Shown here piece by piece: positions 49,628 to 60,957 of a stretch of DNA of 64,000 bases. A program made the translations under genes and the position numbers. Within the stretch, counting starts at the first letter, position 1. Every line of letters begins with the position of its first letter. The notes under the pieces are model-generated. The model worked only from the letters and a program-made list of their open reading frames with translations, did no database searches and was not told the DNA's origin. This DNA comes from Candidatus Poribacteria bacterium. GTDB taxonomy: Bacteria; Poribacteria; WGA-4E; PCPOR2b. The stretch spans positions 1,668,720 to 1,732,719 of the forward strand of contig OZ244587.1 of NCBI GenBank assembly GCA_965218095.1. Reading direction: 5' to 3'.

Positions 49628-50710
49628 TCAAGCCAACTCCCAACCATACTCCCTTGCGGCGACATAAGGAAGTTGTCCGCTCTTGAGCATTAACTCAAGT
49701 GGCGACTCCTTTTGGGTTAGCGGAAACGAGACCTTCGCTCGCCCAAGTCGTTCCGATTCGTAGGCGGCAAGGCACATCTCCAGAGCCGCTCGACCATCGT
49801 ATCCGCTGGAGGGTAGCTCCTCCTGATCCGCGTCGAGACAGGCGACCATCTCCCACGCTCCTTCGCTCGGTGGATTTCCCGTCGCTTCACCAATGATCTC
49901 GCTTCCTACCGCCTCAATTTGCTCTCCTTCGCGGAAATCTCCCAAACCACCGTCTTTCCTCCAGAGCCGGATCAGCGGTTGCCAGCCACGATGCGGACGA
50001 ATCTCTATCTTGCCTTCGCTTCCCTCAAGGAACAAGCACCCGTCCAGCCGGTAATTCCAGTGCCCCCCACTTTGGAACAAGGCAGTTGTACCGCTTTTGA
50101 GACCGAAGAAACTCGTGACCCTCTCACGTTCATTACTTCGATTGACAGTCGCGATCACCCACTCGGCATCCCCGCCGAAAAAGCGAATGGCGTCACAACT
50201 GTGTGTGCCGTTGTGCAGGAGTGTGCTTGTATCACCGTAGTTCTGCACCTCGATGTGTAAGAGATCCCCAATCTCGCCTGCGTCGACCATCTGTTTGACA
50301 CGACGCCAGTTTGGTTCAAACCGCATTGTGTGGTCAATTGCCAGTTTGGCGCCAGACCGCTCACACGCTTCGATGACCCGATCCGCGTCCCCCATGCTCA
50401 ACGCCATCGGCTTTTCGCAGAGAATCGCTCTGACGCCAGCCTCCGCTGCCGCGATCGTCGGCTCGACATGCTCGCGGTTGTGTGTTGTCACACCGATGAT
50501 GTCGAGCACTTCTTTAGATAGCATTTCGTGCATGTCCGTGTACACCGCTGGAATCCCCCACTTCTCGACGAATCCTCTCACCTTCTCTTCAATGATGTCG
50601 CAAGCAGCGACAATCTCCACGCGATCGTGGAGCTGCTGAAACGCGGCAGCGTAGTTTCCACCGATGCTCCCACAACCGATAATTCCGACACGGTACTTTG
50701 TTTTGGGCAT
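49628..50710 (-). CDS. Gfo/Idh/MocA-family oxidoreductase
   Basis: YRVGIIGCGSIGGNYA Rossmann N-terminus. Confidence 0.8.
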   Translation of the reverse strand: MPKTKYRVGIIGCGSIGGNYAAAFQQLHDRVEIVAACDIIEEKVRGFVEKWGIPAVYTDMHEMLSKEVLDIIGVTTHNREHVEPTIAAAEAGVRAILCEKPMALSMGDADRVIEACERSGAKLAIDHTMRFEPNWRRVKQMVDAGEIGDLLHIEVQNYGDTSTLLHNGTHSCDAIRFFGGDAEWVIATVNRSNERERVTSFFGLKSGTTALFQSGGHWNYRLDGCLFLEGSEGKIEIRPHRGWQPLIRLWRKDGGLGDFREGEQIEAVGSEIIGEATGNPPSEGAWEMVACLDADQEELPSSGYDGRAALEMCLAAYESERLGRAKVSFPLTQKESPLELMLKSGQLPYVAAREYGWELA

Positions 50711-51172
50711 CTCCCTTGTCCTCCTATCTCCCTTGTCCTCCTATTTGAGTGCCAGCCAAAAGAAAGTGGAGTTGATTCTCAACTTTGCATAGCCCCGGTC
50801 GGTCGATGGTATTAAGCACGTTGTGCCGGACAAAAGGACTTTCCGTCCAGAGTAGTTTCGTTTTCGCCAGATCTTCAACGCAATTTCTACATTTTTAAGC
50901 GACCTCTATCAATTTCCCGCGTGATTTGAAACGCTATGAACAAGAGTGTTTCATACCGAAATTTTCGGACGAAGAGCGGAGTTCCGAAATTTGATTGGCA
51001 TTCGGTTGATCCAAAATGGTAGAATTGAAGCCATTCGGGTGCGAAATCGGCGTGGGCGAGGTCCCACCCGACACCCATAACAACGGGCAAGGCCGTTGAT
51101 GTGCTGAATTTGCTGACCTGAGCAGGTTCGCATAGATTGCAGTAAATCGCCAAAAGACAGGAGCTGAGTTCT

Positions 51173-52204
51173 ATGATGAAAACCAATAAGAGCTGCTGCG
51201 TCGTCTTTGTCTCGCTTACCGGAGACCAACAAATCAAACTTTACGACCTGGACCCCAATTCGGGCGCACTACAACTGCGGTCGACCAGCAACGCCCATGG
51301 CCCCTCAGGTGCCCTCTGTCTGCACCCATCAAAAAAGGTGGTGCTAGCAGCCCATGTGGGGTCAACGACGTTGGCCAGTTTTCGTCTCGACGTAAACTCA
51401 GGTGAGCTTACGCTCATCAACAGGGTGGACACGGGCATCGGCATTCCGGCCCATCTAATCACTGATGGCAGAGGTCGCTTTCTGCTCACCGCGTACTACG
51501 GTGGGGGCGGTGTGACCGTGCATCGGCTGGGCGATGATGGCGCTATCGAACAACTCGTGCAGTATATCAATACCGGCGAGAAGGCCCACGCCATTCTCTT
51601 GGCAGCCGCAGATCGCTTCGTCTTTGTACCACATGTTTGTCCAACCAACAAGACCTGTCAATTTCGCTTTGATAGCGAGTCTGGCCTGCTAGTGTCCAAT
51701 GACCCCGCCGAACTTTCACCACCCACTGAACAAACCGGCCCTCGCCATATCTGTTTTAGGCCCCAAGGAGATGTGGCCTACATCGTCAACGAACAGGGGA
51801 ACACGGTGACTGCCCACCGCTTCGACGCAGAACACGGCACGCTTGAGATCTTCCAAAATATCTCGACCTTGCCATTGGATTATACAGAAGGCGGGGCCAC
51901 GGCCCATGTGGAAGTGCATCCGAACGGCAAGTGGGTTTATGCGTCCAATCGTGGTCACGACAGCATTGTCGGGTTCAATATCGACCCAGGCGGCGCGCTC
52001 AACCCGTTTGGGCACGTTTCGGTCCCGGCGAGTCCGCGGTCATTCAATATTGATCCGACCGGTGAATATTTGTACTGCGCTGGGGAGGCTGCCAACATAA
52101 TGACTTGCTATCGTGTGGATACGGCAAGCGGCGAGTTGCATGCGTTGGCAGACTACGCCGTTGGTAAGCAGCCGTTCTGGGTTATGGCGACCCCACTGGG
52201 TTAG
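51173..52204 (+). CDS. lactonase-family 7-bladed beta-propeller protein (6-phosphogluconolactonase-like)
   Basis: 343 aa with repeated propeller blades. AGGAG RBS. Confidence 0.7.
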   Translation: MMKTNKSCCVVFVSLTGDQQIKLYDLDPNSGALQLRSTSNAHGPSGALCLHPSKKVVLAAHVGSTTLASFRLDVNSGELTLINRVDTGIGIPAHLITDGRGRFLLTAYYGGGGVTVHRLGDDGAIEQLVQYINTGEKAHAILLAAADRFVFVPHVCPTNKTCQFRFDSESGLLVSNDPAELSPPTEQTGPRHICFRPQGDVAYIVNEQGNTVTAHRFDAEHGTLEIFQNISTLPLDYTEGGATAHVEVHPNGKWVYASNRGHDSIVGFNIDPGGALNPFGHVSVPASPRSFNIDPTGEYLYCAGEAANIMTCYRVDTASGELHALADYAVGKQPFWVMATPLG

Positions 52205-52481
52205 GTCCGCTCAGGCTTGCGACCCAAAGTGTCCATCGGATCGAACGAAGATTTTCTTCGTATATATCAGGACTTACGCATTTTAAGGTTGCAGGTTCGC
52301 CTCAAATCCTTGCTGTCTCTTGAATCTTGAATCCAACACTGACACAAGATACATGAGGCCAGATACAGAAAACATGTAGATTTCTTATCGTAACTGCGTA
52401 AGTCCTATATATTTTCACACGAATGGGTGCAGCACACTGATGTGCCTTGCCGCTTGAGGTCAGCCATGCGTGTCATCCGAA

Positions 52482-54196
52482 CTATCCAGGCGTCACGTAC
52501 GACAAGTCCCAATCGCCGAGTTTACGTAGATCCATGCGTGAGCCCGACAAGTCGGACTCACCCGACGCCCGCCACGCGTCGATCTCGTCACGATGTCCCA
52601 GCCGCCGTAGCGCGTTCCACATGGCGCGACAGTTAGCGCGCCCCGAGCCCCCGGCGCAATCCCAAAAGAACATGTGCTCGACGCCGGCGCTATAGACGGT
52701 CGCCGCACGGCGCCGAAACGCATCCGGGGTCATGTGGCGCAGCATGAGATTCGGGGCCAGAATGCATGACGTTCCGCGAACTAGTTCAACGAAGAACTCA
52801 AGTTGCTTCGGATCGGTCCAGGCCATCGTGTTGCTGTCATAGTTCGCCCCCGACGTATAGGGGATAAGCGTGTCCACCAAAGCTTCGCCCACCCATACCG
52901 CCAGGTCCATCCCGTTGACCAGATTCTCCTGCCCGGTACCACCCACGACCGCTGATACCTCGATACGCTTGGCCCGCCCCTGTGTGTGTGTCTCCTGGTC
53001 CATCGCGTCGCGAACCTCTCGCATGAACGTCGTCAGAACGCCCACCCGATACGACAGCCAACGCGGATCATGCACGTCTAGTTCGCGCGGATTGTCGCCG
53101 AACTCTTGCTTGAATCCCGCGACGACTGGCGGCTCGTACTCCACCAACGGCATTCGGCGGTTGTAGAGCAAGCAGACGCCGTCGATCGGCCGCTGGGCCA
53201 TCTCGCGAAGTAGCGAGATGACGAACTAGCGGACCTCCAGAAAACTGTAGGCCATTCGCGGCGTGCACCGGCCGGCCCGGTCCTCGCACCGCCACTCTGG
53301 ATGCGCCTTGTAGAAGGTATCTCCCGAATTCGAATGGTTAAGTAGCGGTGGGTAATGAAAACCGGCTACCCGATAGCAAGCGTGAAACTGGAGTCCGATC
53401 TCGTGCGCATACTCAAGCGCAACATCGAATGGATCGATCGTCTGTTGCCGGAACTCGCGCCAGCTTTCGACGTGTAAACGGTCTCCGCGACGGCCGAAAT
53501 CGGTGACATCAAGCGTGTGCCTCCGCCCAATCTGACTGAAATATGAGGTCTGGTTGCCACCACCCGCTTCCCAGTACATGCGCGAGAAATCTGTGTCACG
53601 ATATGGCTCGATCTCGCGCCGAACGTGCTCAGGAGTGGTCAAACGGTACTGGTAGTGTGGCCCGCGGGCGTCGTTGTGAGCAAACAATCGCCGGGTGTCG
53701 GACTGCTGATTGTCTGCTTGAAAGACACGGGCCTCTGCATCTGTCAGCGGCACAACCTTGAGGTAAGCCACCCGTGCCGGCGAGCACTCGAACGAGCCAG
53801 CGGCGCCACCCGGGCGCAGATCTGCCCAATGTTCAAATCATGACCCGTCAGGTCGGTGATCCGCCAGAACATCTCGACGATCTGCTGACCATGATGCCCA
53901 CCGCCGCTTTGCGGCGGCAGCGAGACCACCGTGAAGGTCTCGTCTCCACTGCGCTTGAGGAGAACCACTAGAGCTGGTGACCTTCCTCGGGAAATTGGCA
54001 AGACCCCAATAGACACCGCGTGCAGACCGCGAACGCCTAACAGATAGGTGATAGTGGGGGCCGCCGTCTCCGGCCCGGCCAGCAACATCACGCCGGATAG
54101 CGCGTCTGCAGGCGTGCAGCGATCCAAATCCGTCCGATAGTTAGGCTGTCCGCTCAACCAACCATCACCAATTCGGTCGATCGTTTCAGTTGCCAT
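52482..54196 (-). pseudogene. GC-rich hypothetical (glycoside-hydrolase-like, uncertain) gene broken into three ORFs by frame changes
   Basis: ORFs 53744-54196, 53226-53771 and 52482-53201 abut or overlap on the same strand. Local GC is about 60%. Confidence 0.35.
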
Positions 54197-54613
54197 TTAC
54201 AGCCTCCTTGCAGCTTTTTTGTTCTTTTCAAACTTAAAACGACTTGATTATTGTAGTACAAAGGGTAAGTCAAGTCAAGAATAAATTCAGTTGTAGTTCA
54301 TGAATGAATGGCGCGGACTTAAGGACACATGAAATGCCGTAACCCCCTCTATCACTGGGCTGGTTCAATCTCAACGGAAGAACAGAGAGACGTGATGGAA
54401 CCTTCAGGTAGTCGGCCGTTCCCTTGATGAGGCGATAAGAAGTTCGATAATGTACAGCGGGCGACTGACGCCTTCGCCGCGGTGGGATGTGCCGGAGTCG
54501 GATCCGGTCTGGACCGAGTTTGCCGACAAGGGATGGACGCATTTCGCGCGGTCCCAAGACGGCGGCGTGACGTGACACTACATGTATGCGGTCGACAAAG
54601 GTGAAGCCCGCAC

Positions 54614-55203
54614 GTGCAAGGCCTCGGGCAGGTCAAGACGCTGACAGACGACATTGCCACAGCCACGTTCTGTATGACCGACGAGTATCATATCGATCAC
54701 ATCTGGCGGTCCACCGACAGCGGTAAGTCCTTCAATCTGAGCAATCCCATCACCCATCACTCGGCCGAGACCCATATCAAGCAACTTCCATCCGGCTGGT
54801 TGTTGGGCGTGGTCCGTACAGTTTACCCACAATACGAAGATTCGCGGAACAAGCGCACGACCATGATCGCCTCCGACGATAACGGCTAAACGGCTACACT
54901 TGGAGCGACCGTGTGATGCTCACGACCGAACTCGGAGACTGCCCAGGCGAGTTCATTTCCCTGCCCGATGGTCGGGTAGTTTTTCTGAAGTGGTACACAC
55001 CGGCCGCCATCGTGGCCAGAGTTTCGCATGATGAGGGCCGAACCTGGAACGGGCCAATCTACCTAGTGCGCCAGATAGAGGGCGAGAACTCTGGCGTCTA
55101 TCCGTCCAGTATGGTGATGGACGACGGGACGATTCTGACCATTTCGTCGACGCACGAGGGCACGCCGCTTCAGGCCATACGATGGAAATTGCCGCCTTTG
55201 TAG
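54614..55203 (+). pseudogene. BNR/Asp-box (sialidase-like) repeat gene remnants
   Basis: Two Asp-box motifs, WRSTDSGKSF and SHDEGRTWNGP, lie in two ORFs. Upstream in-frame segments are interrupted by stops. Confidence 0.45.
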
Positions 55204-55263
55204 TGCTCGACTTCGCCGTAGCAGCGCCGGTCACCTGGGGCCGCTAGTCGACACGAGGAGGTG

Positions 55264-55572
55264 ATGCGGTTTGTTAGCGAAGGGACGGCTGTTGGCGTTG
55301 TGGATATTGACGCGGCAAGTGCGGAGGCAGTCGCCAATGAGATCGGCAAAGCGGGCGGGAAAGCAAAGGCAGTTATCGGCGATCTGCTGCAAGACGAAGA
55401 TGTCATTCGGGTAGTCGAGGCCGTGTGAATTCGGTCTGTCCGGAGCCAATCGAGACGCCAATGCTGAAGATCTTCATGGCCCGTCCAGACCAGCAGACCG
55501 ACCCAGAGGCGAATCTGGAGATGATGGGTTACCCTCGGTCGGACGGGTCAGCCCAACGAGGGAGCGCGTTTG
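55264..55572 (+). pseudogene. short-chain dehydrogenase remnant with an internal deletion
   Basis: N-terminal MRFVSEGTAVGVVDIDAASAEAVANEIGKAGGKA...* and C-terminal VNSVCPEPIETPML... segments of an SDR, but no catalytic core. Confidence 0.4.
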
Positions 55573-55675
55573 GTATAATTAAATAGCCTTTTTCCCACAG
55601 CGTGGCTTCCCACTCGGCAAGTTGCGCTTCATCCGGTTTTTCTTTGTTGAACTCAGGAATATCAACAATAGGCAT
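55529..55675 (-). pseudogene. N-terminal 48-codon remnant of a PhyH-family gene
   Basis: MPIVDIPEFNKEKPDEAQLAEWEATLWEKGYLIIPNAL, then a stop. Confidence 0.4.
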
Positions 55676-55870
55676 AAAGCCTCTCCTTCAATTAGAAATT
55701 CTTGACAAGGCGCTCAACTCTGACTTTTGTTTCAACCTTCTTCAGATATCGCAAAAATGCCTCGATTTTCCGATCTTCTAACGAATTGCAATAAATTCCC
55801 TCACGTCAGGTTGGTAAAGTTTATCACAGATCTGCGGTAGAGAGCAGCCCAAAAGTGAGGGTTGTGCTTG

Positions 55871-55901
55871 ACATAAACCGAAAATTTGTGTAAAATATTT
55901 A
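55871..55901 (+). promoter_or_regulatory. consensus sigma70 promoter TTGACA-17nt-TAAAAT
   Basis: ttgacataaaccgaaaatttgtgtaaaat. Confidence 0.4.
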
Positions 55902-56109
55902 AATAGTTGAAGGTTGTTCTATTAACCCATCGCGGGGCAGCGAGAGTGAAGGAACAGTTTTGGTTTGCAAAGCCCCTTTCCATTTTTCAGCCAACCATTG
56001 TTTCCTGCCAAGCCCCCTGCCATTTGAACGACATCGTATCAGCCGGCTTTCCCGTTATCTTAGATTATTCTACCAACAACCTACAAGCCTACTGCTCCGT
56101 CAAGTTGAA

Positions 56110-56417
56110 TCTGATGATAAATCCCCAAAGAAAGACTTACTGACCCAGAATATGCAAGGGATTTTCTTGATGTTTCTCTTGAAGAATACGAGAAAGATGG
56201 AAACAAGAAGGCATTTTTACGGGCGCTCCGGTATGTTGCTGAAGTACAAGGAGGAATTTCTCATTTAGCTGCAGAGACCAATCTGAACCGACCCAATCTT
56301 CACAAACTGCTGTCTAAGGAAGACAATCCAAGACTGGAGACCATAGGTGCGATACTCCATGCTTTGGGTTATCGTTTATCAGTCTCATCACTTGAGCGTG
56401 AAACGATTCCGTCTTGA
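56110..56417 (+). pseudogene. HigA-family addiction-module antidote protein (TIGR02684-like) with a +1 frameshift in a C4 run just after the start
   Basis: ATGATAAATCCCC aaa...: deleting one C joins MIN to PKERLTDPEYARDFLDVSLEEYEKDGNKKAFLRALRYVAEVQGGISHLAAETNLNRPNLHKLL...LGYRLSV. No partner toxin was recognised. Confidence 0.5.
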
Positions 56418-56453
56418 CGGGGTGATGGGAACGGGAAATGGAGGATGGGAACT

Positions 56454-57701
56454 ATGTCACAACAATTTGGGACTAAAATCGGTGAACAAATGAGGGTAGC
56501 CCCAGCACGTTTCATCTATATGGACTGCCATGCCACCACGCCCCTTGACCCGCAGGTGCTAGAAGCGATAATGCCGTACCTGACCACCCATTTCGGCAAC
56601 GCCGCCAGTAGCACACACGTCTTTGGTCAAAAAGCAAAGGAAGCGGTGGATCACGCTCGACAACAGGTCGCAGATCTAATCGACTGTTCCCCAGAGGAGA
56701 TTGTATTCACTAGCGGTGCAACGGAATCTGATAACCTTGCTGTCAAGGGAGTTGCGTATCAACACAGACATAAAGGGAGTCATATTGTTACCAGCACCGT
56801 CGAACACCACGCGGTTTTAGATTCGTGCAAGGCATTGGAGGAGGCAGGCTTTGATGTGACCTATCTTCCCATTGATAAGTATGGTATGGTTCACCCGCAG
56901 CAGGTCGAAGATGCTATCACAGATCAGACGATACTAATTAGCCTGATTTACGGGAACGGTGAGGTCGGTACAATCAACCCCATCTCAGAAGTTGGCGAGA
57001 TCGCCGAGCGACATGATATACTTTTCCATTCTGATGCAACGCAGGGGGTCGGCAAAGTTGAATCGGGCGTCAATAAACTGAAAGTGGATCTGATGTCGTT
57101 CACTGCTCACAAGATATACGGTCCCAAAGGCATCGGCGCGCTTTATGTCCGCAAGAAACATCCACCGATTCAATTGTATCCACTCCTTCACGGTGGCGGT
57201 CAGGAAAATAACATCAGATCCGGGACACTCAACGTTCCCGGCATCGTCGGTTTCGGGGCGGCTTGTGAACTTTGCAAAGAGGCGATGGCGGAAGAAGCGA
57301 AACGAATTGCGGCTTTACGCGGGCGGCTTCATCACGGGTTATCCAAACGAATCGATTTCATCCACCTCAACGGACACCCGAAAAAACGCCACCCCGGCAA
57401 TCTCAATCTCAGCTTTGAGTTTGTTGAAAGCCAATCTGTATTGTTAGGCTTGAAAGAGATTGCGCTTTCATCAGGGTCCGCTTGTAACTCTGATTCCGTT
57501 GAGCCATCTTATGTCTTACGCGCGATGGGCGTCAAAGACGAACTTGCCCTCGCCGCTATCCGTTTCGGATTGGGACGCTCCAACACGGCAGAGGAAGTCG
57601 ATGAGGTCGTTGATCGCGTGGCGAAACAGGTCACCCGTTTGCGCGAATTGTCTCCGCTCTATGAGATGGCGCAGGGTAGAAGCTACAAAGCAACAGCATA
57701 A
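56454..57701 (+). CDS. iscS: cysteine desulfurase (NifS/IscS family, PLP-dependent)
   Basis: SFTAHKIYGPKGIGALYV (PLP-Lys) and SSGSACNS active-site loop. GGAGGA RBS. Confidence 0.85.
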   Translation: MSQQFGTKIGEQMRVAPARFIYMDCHATTPLDPQVLEAIMPYLTTHFGNAASSTHVFGQKAKEAVDHARQQVADLIDCSPEEIVFTSGATESDNLAVKGVAYQHRHKGSHIVTSTVEHHAVLDSCKALEEAGFDVTYLPIDKYGMVHPQQVEDAITDQTILISLIYGNGEVGTINPISEVGEIAERHDILFHSDATQGVGKVESGVNKLKVDLMSFTAHKIYGPKGIGALYVRKKHPPIQLYPLLHGGGQENNIRSGTLNVPGIVGFGAACELCKEAMAEEAKRIAALRGRLHHGLSKRIDFIHLNGHPKKRHPGNLNLSFEFVESQSVLLGLKEIALSSGSACNSDSVEPSYVLRAMGVKDELALAAIRFGLGRSNTAEEVDEVVDRVAKQVTRLRELSPLYEMAQGRSYKATA

Positions 57702-57720
57702 TAAAATCGAGAGGAAGTAA

Positions 57721-58677
57721 ATGAATCTGTTCAAAAAAGGTAAGAATGTAGATACAAAAGATCAAGCACCTGCTCGTCCGCGCGTGGCGAGCCATCCAGA
57801 GCTCAAAATGGCAAATACACCACCGGCTGGCAGACCCACCACCCCACAGATGGGAATGCCACCACAGGGGCAACCGCAAAATATCCTCATCCCGGATGTC
57901 CAGTATAAGATTGCCGTGGCGAGTGGAAAGGGCGGCGTTGGTAAATCGACGGTTGCTACAAATCTAGCGATCGCTTTGGCGCAAAAGGGTACAAAGGTCG
58001 GGCTGATGGATGCAGATGCATACGGGCCAAGCATCCCCACCATGATGGGGGCGAAAGAACAACCGCAGACAAGTCCAGAAAAGAAACTCATCCCGATCGT
58101 CAGGCACGGCATCAAGCTGATGTCAATCGGCTTTCTGGTGCCTGATGAACAAGCGATGATCTGGCGAGGACCTATGTTACATAGTGCCGTCCGTCAATTT
58201 CTTGGTGATGTAAATTGGGGCGAACTGGATTATCTCATCATCGATCTACCCCCCGGCACAGGAGATGTCGCCCTCTCCTTAACGCAGTCGGTTCCGTTAA
58301 CGGGCGGTGTGATTGTGACGACGCCACAGGATGTCGCGTTGGCTGATGTAAGACGCGGCGTCGCTATGTTTGAAAAACTGGGTGTACCGATTCTGGGGGT
58401 CATTGAAAATATGAGCTATTTCGCATGTCCTTATTGTGGAGAGAGAACCGCCATCTTCAGGGCAGATGGCGGGGTAAAAACCAGTGAAAAACTGGGGGTT
58501 TCATTCTTGGGGCAGATTCCTCTCGATCCTGAAGTTTGTACTGCTGGCGACCTTGGCGTGCCAATCGTCGCATCTCACCCGGATTCGCCGCAATCCGAAG
58601 CGTTCCGTAATGTAGCCAATCTGCTTGTGGAAGAGCTCCGTAATCAGGACTTAGAAGGGGAATTAACGATTATTTAG
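57721..58677 (+). CDS. apbC: Mrp/ApbC/NBP35-family Fe-S cluster carrier ATPase
   Basis: IAVASGKGGVGKST P-loop and CPYC-type motif CPYCGE. Confidence 0.85.
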   Translation: MNLFKKGKNVDTKDQAPARPRVASHPELKMANTPPAGRPTTPQMGMPPQGQPQNILIPDVQYKIAVASGKGGVGKSTVATNLAIALAQKGTKVGLMDADAYGPSIPTMMGAKEQPQTSPEKKLIPIVRHGIKLMSIGFLVPDEQAMIWRGPMLHSAVRQFLGDVNWGELDYLIIDLPPGTGDVALSLTQSVPLTGGVIVTTPQDVALADVRRGVAMFEKLGVPILGVIENMSYFACPYCGERTAIFRADGGVKTSEKLGVSFLGQIPLDPEVCTAGDLGVPIVASHPDSPQSEAFRNVANLLVEELRNQDLEGELTII

Positions 58678-58806
58678 AATCCCCTTTCCCTATCCGTTCC
58701 TATATTTCACACCAATCGCTCAAGCCGAGTTTTCTGATATTGTCTGCTGAAGAAATCTCGGCTTTTGTGGTTTTATCTTACGTTTTATACTTATGAGGTA
58801 TTTCCG

Positions 58807-60234
58807 ATGAAAGAAAACGATCAATTCATTGCCGAACTTTCAGATATCGTCGCATCCACGTATGTGATCACCGATCCAACCTCGCTTTCCGTTTACGAGT
58901 GCGATGGTGCAACACTGTTCAAAGCAACCCCCGATGCTGTCGTTTTTGCCACAACGGCGCAAGAGGTCTCAGCGATTGTTAAGCTGGCGAACAAGCACAA
59001 CGTGCCTTTCATTGCGCGGGGTGCAGGGACCGGCTTGAGTGGGGGCATGCTTCCTGTCGAGGGTGGCATCATTATTGCCTTAAACCGAATGAATCGTATC
59101 CTCGAAATCGACTTGGCAAACCAGCGGGCAGTGGTCGAGCCAGGCGTTGTAAACCTCTGGTTGACGCAAGCCGTTCAGGATGATGGTTACTATTACGCGC
59201 CAGATCCTTCTAGCCAGCAGGCGTGCAGCATCGGCGGGAACATCGCTGAGAATTCGGGTGGCCCCCACACCCTCAAATATGGCGTCACCTCAAACCACAT
59301 ATTGGGGCTAGAAGTGGTGTTGACCGATGGCGAGATAGTCGAATTCGGCGGCGCCGTTGAAGAGACCCCCGGCTATGACATTCGTGGCGTCATGATTGGC
59401 TCCGAAGGGACATTCGGCATCGTGACAAAGGCAATTGTCCGGCTCTCACGCCAGCCTGAAGGTTATCAAACCCTGCTTGGTGTGTTTGAAACCATCGACG
59501 ATGCATCGAATGCGGTTTCCAGCATTATTGGCGCGGGCATCATTCCCAGCGCTTTAGAGATGATGGATCATCTTGTTATCAAAGCGGTTGAAGAGGCATT
59601 TCACTGGGGATTTCCGCTTGATGCGGGTGCAGTTCTCATCGTTGAATTAGATGGTATCAAGGCAGGAATGCAGAGTCAAGCCGAGCAGATTACTGAAATC
59701 TTCAATAACTACAACTGCCGGGAAGTCCGCTATGCCAAAGACGATGCCGATCGACAGAAGATTTGGAAATCGCGCAAAAGTGCGTTCGGGTCGTTTGGGC
59801 GGCTTGCGCCAAACTATATTACGCAAGATGGCGTGGTGCCTCGCACTCAGCTTCCCAAAGTCCTCAGAAGGGTCGCGGAAATTTCCGAAAAGTACGACAT
59901 TCCGATCGCGAATGTTTTCCACGCCGGTGATGGCAATATCCACCCAATTGTGCTGTTTGACGAACGCGATCCAGTCCAGTGCGAGCGTGTCGATGCGGTG
60001 AACACAGAGATTCTCGTCGCTTGCGCTGAAGCCGGCGGAACCATCACCGGTGAACACGGCATCGGGGTGGAAAAAATGGACTACATGCCATTGATTTTCA
60101 GCCCAGAAGATCTGGCAGTGATGGCAACCATTAAAGAGATTTTCAACCCGTTGGGATTATGCAACCCCGGCAAAATTTTCCCAACTGCCGAATCGTATAC
60201 AAAGCTTGGGTTAGAACAGTACGAAGCTGACTGA
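58807..60234 (+). CDS. glcD: FAD-linked oxidase (GlcD / D-lactate dehydrogenase family)
   Basis: FAD PCMH domain ARGAGTGLSGG, with a C-terminal FAD-oxidase_C domain. Confidence 0.8.
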   Translation: MKENDQFIAELSDIVASTYVITDPTSLSVYECDGATLFKATPDAVVFATTAQEVSAIVKLANKHNVPFIARGAGTGLSGGMLPVEGGIIIALNRMNRILEIDLANQRAVVEPGVVNLWLTQAVQDDGYYYAPDPSSQQACSIGGNIAENSGGPHTLKYGVTSNHILGLEVVLTDGEIVEFGGAVEETPGYDIRGVMIGSEGTFGIVTKAIVRLSRQPEGYQTLLGVFETIDDASNAVSSIIGAGIIPSALEMMDHLVIKAVEEAFHWGFPLDAGAVLIVELDGIKAGMQSQAEQITEIFNNYNCREVRYAKDDADRQKIWKSRKSAFGSFGRLAPNYITQDGVVPRTQLPKVLRRVAEISEKYDIPIANVFHAGDGNIHPIVLFDERDPVQCERVDAVNTEILVACAEAGGTITGEHGIGVEKMDYMPLIFSPEDLAVMATIKEIFNPLGLCNPGKIFPTAESYTKLGLEQYEAD

Positions 60235-60250
60235 AAGAGAGGAGGATTTT

Positions 60251-60949
60251 ATGAAATACTGGAATCAGGCTTTACAATTGGCCATTGTTGTCGTTGTAGC
60301 GGTTGGCATTGGGTGTGCCCCCCCGGCGAGCTCCCCAGAAGCCTCCCAAGCCCCAACTGATGAATCAGCAGCAGCGGAATCTTTATCCACCGATACCCCG
60401 AAACTGGATAATTTTGACCAACCAGATGGCTCCCTGTTTGAAATTAAAGAGCCAAACAAAATTGAAGGTGGGCAGTTGCATCTACAAGCCTCACAGGAAG
60501 GTGCGGTTCTGCTATCATCTGCGGAAAGTCTATCACCGAAGGAATACAACGTATCGGTCAAAGTCATGCCGCCAAGCGTTGGTGAATACGTTGGGTTAGC
60601 CTTTGCTGTCCGGGGCGAAAATTCACGTATTCTGTTTTATGTATACCGACCGGCGGGAGCAGATCCGTTCGGCAAGCGGTGTAACGTCGGAGTGGAGGGG
60701 TATGTTGGTGGAAGGAAAATGCGTGCGCCGGATATTCGTGTACGCGAAGTTAGCTTTCAAAAGGATGCCCCAATCAAGCTTTCCATACGCCACCTTGGCC
60801 AAAATGTGACGCTTTCGATTAACGACGAGAATATCGGACGCTTTCACGAGCGATCGCTAAAACCGGGCAAGGTGGGCGTGTACGGAAAATCTCAACACGG
60901 AGACAGTAGCCCCGCAATTGTCAAATTTAATAGCTTTGGGGTTGAGTAA
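60251..60949 (+). CDS. hypothetical lipoprotein
   Basis: AVGIGCAPP lipobox. AGAGGAGG RBS. Confidence 0.45.
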   Translation: MKYWNQALQLAIVVVVAVGIGCAPPASSPEASQAPTDESAAAESLSTDTPKLDNFDQPDGSLFEIKEPNKIEGGQLHLQASQEGAVLLSSAESLSPKEYNVSVKVMPPSVGEYVGLAFAVRGENSRILFYVYRPAGADPFGKRCNVGVEGYVGGRKMRAPDIRVREVSFQKDAPIKLSIRHLGQNVTLSINDENIGRFHERSLKPGKVGVYGKSQHGDSSPAIVKFNSFGVE

Positions 60950-60957
60950 CTTATTGA

